Source: a bacterium
Lineage (GTDB): Bacteria; UBA8248
Assembly (NCBI GenBank): GCA_963692865.2
Contig: OY843592.1
Location: forward strand, 3,877,599 to 3,941,598
Reading direction: 5' to 3'
Length of the DNA stretch: 64,000 nucleotides
Part shown: in pieces, positions 59,664 to 64,000 of the stretch
How positions within the stretch are numbered: position 1 is the stretch's first letter
How the letters are laid out: each line of letters opens with the position of its first letter
Program-made: the position numbers and the translations under genes
Notes under the pieces: generated by a model
The model's input: the letters and a program-made list of their open reading frames with translations, nothing else
What the model was told of the DNA's origin: nothing
Database searches by the model: none

Positions 59664-60401
59664 ATGGCAACTCCCATTACCAACCAGCAGATTGCCGATT
59701 ACGTTCAAACCAACATCGGAAGTTTTCACGAGAAGAGGCTGGAAGCGTTAAACAACCTGCGATTGAACAAGCTGCTGAGGCGCAAAAACCCCTACCTGTT
59801 CCGAAGCAAGAACATCAACACGGCCTCCGAACTGATTACCTCCCTACTTGACGCCCACCTGAGTTCACAGGAGGAAACCTTGTTCGGAGACTTCCTGGAA
59901 GGGTTGGCGTTATATATCGCAATAACGGTTCACGGCGGCTGGAAATCAACCGCCACCGGAGTCGACATCGAATTTGAAAAAGAAAATTCTCGGTACATCG
60001 TTTCCGTAAAATCCGGCCCCAATTGGGGCAATTCATCTCAGATCGCCAGAATGAAGGAAAATTTCAGAAATGCTGAACGTCTGGTGCGTCAGGGCAACCT
60101 CTCCAAAAACGTCGTTAAGGTGAACGGCTGCTGTTATGGGCGGGACCGCAAACCTGACAAAGGCGATTATTTCAAGTACTGCGGACAGGAATTCTGGGAT
60201 TTGATTTCGGAGAATCCCCATTTTTATGCAAGCATTATCGAACCTTTGGGACATGAAGCAAAACAGCGCAACGATGATTTTTCCACCAAATATCAGGCCA
60301 TCATCGACCGACTATCAGATGAATTCAGCGAGAAATTCTGTAATCAAGAAGGCGCTGTAGACTGGGAAACACTCGTAGCCTTCGTTTCCGCCAAAATCTA
60401 A
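59664..60401 (+). CDS. type II restriction endonuclease (PmeII-like)
   Basis: RKNPYLF, SSQEETLFG.FLE, GVDIE..SVKSGPNWGNS, CGQEFW. Confidence 0.8.
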   Translation: MATPITNQQIADYVQTNIGSFHEKRLEALNNLRLNKLLRRKNPYLFRSKNINTASELITSLLDAHLSSQEETLFGDFLEGLALYIAITVHGGWKSTATGVDIEFEKENSRYIVSVKSGPNWGNSSQIARMKENFRNAERLVRQGNLSKNVVKVNGCCYGRDRKPDKGDYFKYCGQEFWDLISENPHFYASIIEPLGHEAKQRNDDFSTKYQAIIDRLSDEFSEKFCNQEGAVDWETLVAFVSAKI

Positions 60402-60468
60402 CCATAGTGGCGAAACAAGAATTGTTCATGCTTCAAAGTATTTCCAAGCAGCACACGGAGCAACCCAA

Positions 60469-60912
60469 ATGAGCGACAAACCCGATTTCGTCTGGGAGAA
60501 TCTCGAGGTCGGCATGACCATCGGCGAGCGCAGCCTCACGGTGACGCAAGAGATGGTGGACGCGCACTGCGAGGCCGTGGGCGCGCGGCGGGAGTGGTAC
60601 CGGGGAGACTCCCCCGCGGGCGGCCCCATCGCGCCGCCGATGATCTTCATCAACGACCTGCTCGCCATCTATGATGCGAACTACAAGCGCTTCGGCACCA
60701 TCCACGCCAAGCTCGGCTACCGCTTCCACAAGCCCGTGCAGGTCGGCGAGACGGTGCATCAGAAAGTCAAGGTGACCGACCTCTACGTGAAGCGCGGGAA
60801 GGGCTGGATCGTGAGCGAACTCTCCGTTACGAACGAGGCGGGCGAACTCCTGCTCACCTCCTCCCACACTTCCGTCCTGAGCCTCACGAGAAAGCACGAA
60901 GAAGATGACTGA
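60469..60912 (+). CDS. MaoC-like hotdog-fold dehydratase
   Basis: GPIAPP, YRFHKPVQVGE, YVKRGK. Confidence 0.75.
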   Translation: MSDKPDFVWENLEVGMTIGERSLTVTQEMVDAHCEAVGARREWYRGDSPAGGPIAPPMIFINDLLAIYDANYKRFGTIHAKLGYRFHKPVQVGETVHQKVKVTDLYVKRGKGWIVSELSVTNEAGELLLTSSHTSVLSLTRKHEEDD

Positions 60913-61336
60913 TACCACCCTCGAAAACCTGGAGCCAGGAGACGCCCTCCCCGAGCGGACGCACAAGGTGGGCTGGGAGGACATGCTGAGATTCAACCGC
61001 TACGTCACGGGCGGGGTGGATACGAAGAACATCCACACGGACGATGAGGTCGCGCGCAAAGCGGGCCTCCCCCGCGCGGTGGCGACGGGCCGCCACCCGG
61101 TGTCGTTCATCACCGAGCTCATGGTCGACCATCTGGGAATGGGCTTCATCGCGGGCGGCGCGGTGGAGGTCTCCTTCGTCAAGCCCATATTCCCGGGAGA
61201 CGTTCTGACGCTCAAGGCTGTGCTCAAGGAAAAAACGCCTGAGGACGGCGCGGCGCGCTATCTCTTCGACGTTTCGCTCGCGAACCAGGACGGCGCAGCC
61301 GTAACGGTCGGCACCGCCGACGGCCGCCTGGCCTGA
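60905..61336 (+). CDS. MaoC family dehydratase
   Basis: NIHTDDEVARKAGLP, FVKPIFPGD. Confidence 0.8.
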   Translation: MTDTTLENLEPGDALPERTHKVGWEDMLRFNRYVTGGVDTKNIHTDDEVARKAGLPRAVATGRHPVSFITELMVDHLGMGFIAGGAVEVSFVKPIFPGDVLTLKAVLKEKTPEDGAARYLFDVSLANQDGAAVTVGTADGRLA

Positions 61337-61346
61337 CCCCCACCCC

Positions 61347-63458
61347 ATGAACGCGCACGAATCCCTCAAGAGCCTTTTCCACCCCGAATCCTTCGCGGTG
61401 GTGGGCGCGGCTTCGGACTTGAACCGCCTGGGCGGCATCCCCTTGCGGCTCACGATGCGCTACGGCTTTCCCGGCCCCATCTACCCCATCAACCCGAGGC
61501 GCGAGGAGATAGCGGGCCTCAAGTGCTACCCCGACGTCGCCTCCCTGCCCGAAGCGCCCGAGTTCGCGCTCATCTGCACCCCCAGAGAAGACGTGCTGCC
61601 CGCCCTCGCACAGTGCGCGGAGCGCGGCGTCAAGGCCGCCGCCGTCATCACCTCGGGCTTCGCGGAGACGGGCGCGGAAGGCGCGGCGCTCCAGGAAAAA
61701 ATCCTCGCGCTGCGCGACGCGTCCGGCATGCGCGTACTCGGCCCCAACTGCATGGGCGTCGCGCACGTGCGATCGCGCCTCATGGCGACGTTCACGATAT
61801 CCATCCGCGACGACGACCCGCTCATACCGGGGGCGGTGGCCATCGTCACCCAGAGCGGGGCGATGGGGGCGTGCATGCTCACGGGCTTTCAGGAGAGCGG
61901 CTCAGGCATCAGCAGCCTCGTGAGCCTCGGCAACGAGGTGGACGTCGATTTCGCGGAATGCGTCGAATACTTCATCGACGACCCGCACACGCGCGTCATC
62001 TGCGGGTATCTGGAATCGGTGCGGGACGGCGAGCGCCTGAAGCGCGCCGCCACACGGGCGCTTGCGCGGGGAAAACCCATCGTCCTGCTCAAGGGGGGCA
62101 AGACCGAGGAGGGCGCACGCGCCGCAAGCAGCCATACCGCCGCCATCACGACTTCTAACGACGTTTTCACCGCCTTCGCCGCGCAATACGGGATTCAGGT
62201 GCTGGATTCGATGGACGAGTTCATCGAGATAGCGGATTTCCTCGCGCGCTCGGGGCCGATTCGGGGAAACGGGGTGGGCGTTTTGAGCTTTTCGGGCGGG
62301 CTGGGCTCGCTCGCGGCGGATCTGGCGACCGGGGCGGGCCTCACGCTCCCCATCCTCGCGGAAAGTACGCAGGAAAAACTCGCGGGCGTCCTGCCCGATT
62401 ACGCGCCCAAGGACAACCCGGTCGACCTCGTATCCCTGATGGTCAGCAAGCCCGAGAGCCAGCCGCTCAAGACGGCGGGCGAAGCCGTGGCGGGGGATGA
62501 GAACGTGGATGCTCTTCTCTTCTTCATGGGCGTCTACCACCACGTGGGCGCGCAGATTGCGCAGGAGGTGAAGGCGCTCTTCGAATCCTCGCCCGCGCCG
62601 CTCGCCTTCGCCTGGCTCACCGGGCCGCGAGATCAGATTCAAGCGCTCAGAAAAGCCTCCGTGCCCGTCTTCGGCGATTACGCCCGCGCGATTCGAGGAC
62701 TGGAGTCCCTCTTGTCCCTCAAAAACGCGCGCGAGGCGGCCGCTTCCCGGCCCAGCACTTTCGATGCGGCGCGCGCGGAGTCGGCCAAGCGAATCATACG
62801 CGAAGCCCCCCGGTCGCCCGATGGTTTGCTTCCGCCGGAGGTCTGCGGCCGGATTCTCGATCTCTATGGCGTCCCGAGACCCAGGGAAGCGCTCGTGAAT
62901 ACGGCGGAAGAAGCGCTCAAGGCTTGGGAGAAACTTCAGACCCCCGTCGCGCTAAAGGCCGTATCGGATAGCCTCGCGCACAAGACGGAAGCGGGCGGCG
63001 TGCTCCTGAACCTCGATACAATCGATGATGTGCTTGCCGGGGCCGAAAAACTCCTTGCCTTGGCGGACGATGCCCGCCTTCTTGTTCAGGAGATGGTGGA
63101 AGGCGGTCTGGAACTCTTCGTCGGTATATCGAACGACCCGACGTTCGGCCCGTGCGTCACGGCGGGTCTTGGGGGCGTGTACGTGGAAGCGCTCGACGAC
63201 GTGGCCCGCCTGCTGCCGCCTTTCGATACGAGGGAGGCCGAAAGAGCGCTATCGGGGCTTCGCTCGCGCGTCATATTCGACGGTTTCCGGGGCGGGCCGG
63301 CCGTTCAAATCCCGCACATATCCGATATAATGGTCAAAATCTCCGAACTGGCGGCGGAACTCGGGAACGAGGTCGCCGAGATGGACCTGAACCCGCTCAT
63401 CGCCACGGCGGAAGGCTGCATCGCCGTGGACGTTCGGATGAAGACCAACTCCCGGTGA
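61347..63458 (+). CDS. acetate-CoA ligase (ADP-forming) family acyl-CoA synthetase
   Basis: VVGAASD, LGPNCMG, TQSG, ASSHT phospho-His, NPVD, HKTEAGGV, EMDLNP. Confidence 0.9.
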   Translation: MNAHESLKSLFHPESFAVVGAASDLNRLGGIPLRLTMRYGFPGPIYPINPRREEIAGLKCYPDVASLPEAPEFALICTPREDVLPALAQCAERGVKAAAVITSGFAETGAEGAALQEKILALRDASGMRVLGPNCMGVAHVRSRLMATFTISIRDDDPLIPGAVAIVTQSGAMGACMLTGFQESGSGISSLVSLGNEVDVDFAECVEYFIDDPHTRVICGYLESVRDGERLKRAATRALARGKPIVLLKGGKTEEGARAASSHTAAITTSNDVFTAFAAQYGIQVLDSMDEFIEIADFLARSGPIRGNGVGVLSFSGGLGSLAADLATGAGLTLPILAESTQEKLAGVLPDYAPKDNPVDLVSLMVSKPESQPLKTAGEAVAGDENVDALLFFMGVYHHVGAQIAQEVKALFESSPAPLAFAWLTGPRDQIQALRKASVPVFGDYARAIRGLESLLSLKNAREAAASRPSTFDAARAESAKRIIREAPRSPDGLLPPEVCGRILDLYGVPRPREALVNTAEEALKAWEKLQTPVALKAVSDSLAHKTEAGGVLLNLDTIDDVLAGAEKLLALADDARLLVQEMVEGGLELFVGISNDPTFGPCVTAGLGGVYVEALDDVARLLPPFDTREAERALSGLRSRVIFDGFRGGPAVQIPHISDIMVKISELAAELGNEVAEMDLNPLIATAEGCIAVDVRMKTNSR

Positions 63459-63468
63459 GAGGACGCGC

Positions 63469-63903
63469 ATGAGTACGAGAATCACGCCCGAGATACGCGC
63501 CCTGGTGGGGCGAAAGCACGGCCCCTACCGCGTAAGGGTCGAGCAGGGGGCGATAGAGAAATTCGCGGACGCTGTCGGGGACGATAACCCCGCCTACCGG
63601 GGGTCTGAGGCCATAGCGCCGCCGACGTTTCCCACCACTTTCCGGCCCAGGGACCCCTATCCGGATCTCCCGCCCGGTTTCGGCGACGTGGGGCTTCACG
63701 CTTCGCAGGTCTACGAGGTCGAGCGGCCCATCCGCGCGGGCGATGAATTGGACGTATCCTTCACCATCGCCAACATCACCGAAAAATCGGGCCGAACGGG
63801 CGACCTCGTCTTCGTCGAGCGCGAGTACGAGTTTCTCGATGCGCGCGACGGCGCGCGCGTGGGCGGGGGCAAGTGGGTGTCGCTCAGGCGATTCAGGAAC
63901 TGA
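63469..63903 (+). CDS. MaoC dehydratase N-terminal (FAS1/HadA-like) protein
   Basis: IEKFADAVGDDNPAY, IAPPTF, RPIRAGD, KSGRTG. Confidence 0.8.
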   Translation: MSTRITPEIRALVGRKHGPYRVRVEQGAIEKFADAVGDDNPAYRGSEAIAPPTFPTTFRPRDPYPDLPPGFGDVGLHASQVYEVERPIRAGDELDVSFTIANITEKSGRTGDLVFVEREYEFLDARDGARVGGGKWVSLRRFRN

Positions 63904-63913
63904 AGGAGAGACG

Positions 63914-64000
63914 ATGAGCTACGAACCAGGCGACGCGCTCCCCGAACTCGTGAAGGCGCCCGTCTCGCGGACCCAACTCGTGAAATACGCAGGATCCAGC
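63914..64000 (+). CDS. MaoC family dehydratase (5' partial)
   Basis: AAGGAG SD; MSYEPGDALPELVKAPVSRTQLVKYAGSS. Confidence 0.65.
   Translation, partial: MSYEPGDALPELVKAPVSRTQLVKYAGSS

Overview
GC-rich bacterial chromosomal window. Housekeeping and metabolic genes (amtB, LysR-gltB-gltD, metF, sod-peroxiredoxin, tRNA-Thr, tRNA-Lys, tandem LLM monooxygenases, tandem CocE/NonD hydrolases, a ribose-type ABC operon, a MaoC/acyl-CoA ligase operon) are interleaved with lower-GC defence and toxin-antitoxin inserts, an IS110/IS1111 element and many MITE/REP repeats. The main finding is a set of tailed-phage late genes: a lysis cassette (33.9-35.1 kb), a Mu gp26/gp27-like pair (31.8-32.7 kb), and a two-gene split terminase plus portal (8.6-11.7 kb). 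They lie on the minus strand in Mu-like order but are broken into three modules separated by host genes. Each module has its own copy of one promoter design: a 20-bp tandem repeat box, exactly 29 bp of spacer, then a TAnnnT -10 hexamer. A small Xis/BldC-like HTH gene behind a near-consensus sigma70 promoter (44.8-45.8 kb) is a candidate activator. I infer a domesticated, co-regulated, gene-transfer-agent-like system rather than an ordinary prophage; no capsid or tail genes are visible in the window. Two probable selenoproteins (UGSC family; AhpD/CMD with CxxU) are split at UGA in the ORF track and both have SECIS-like hairpins. All family calls come from motif recognition by eye; no database search was run.
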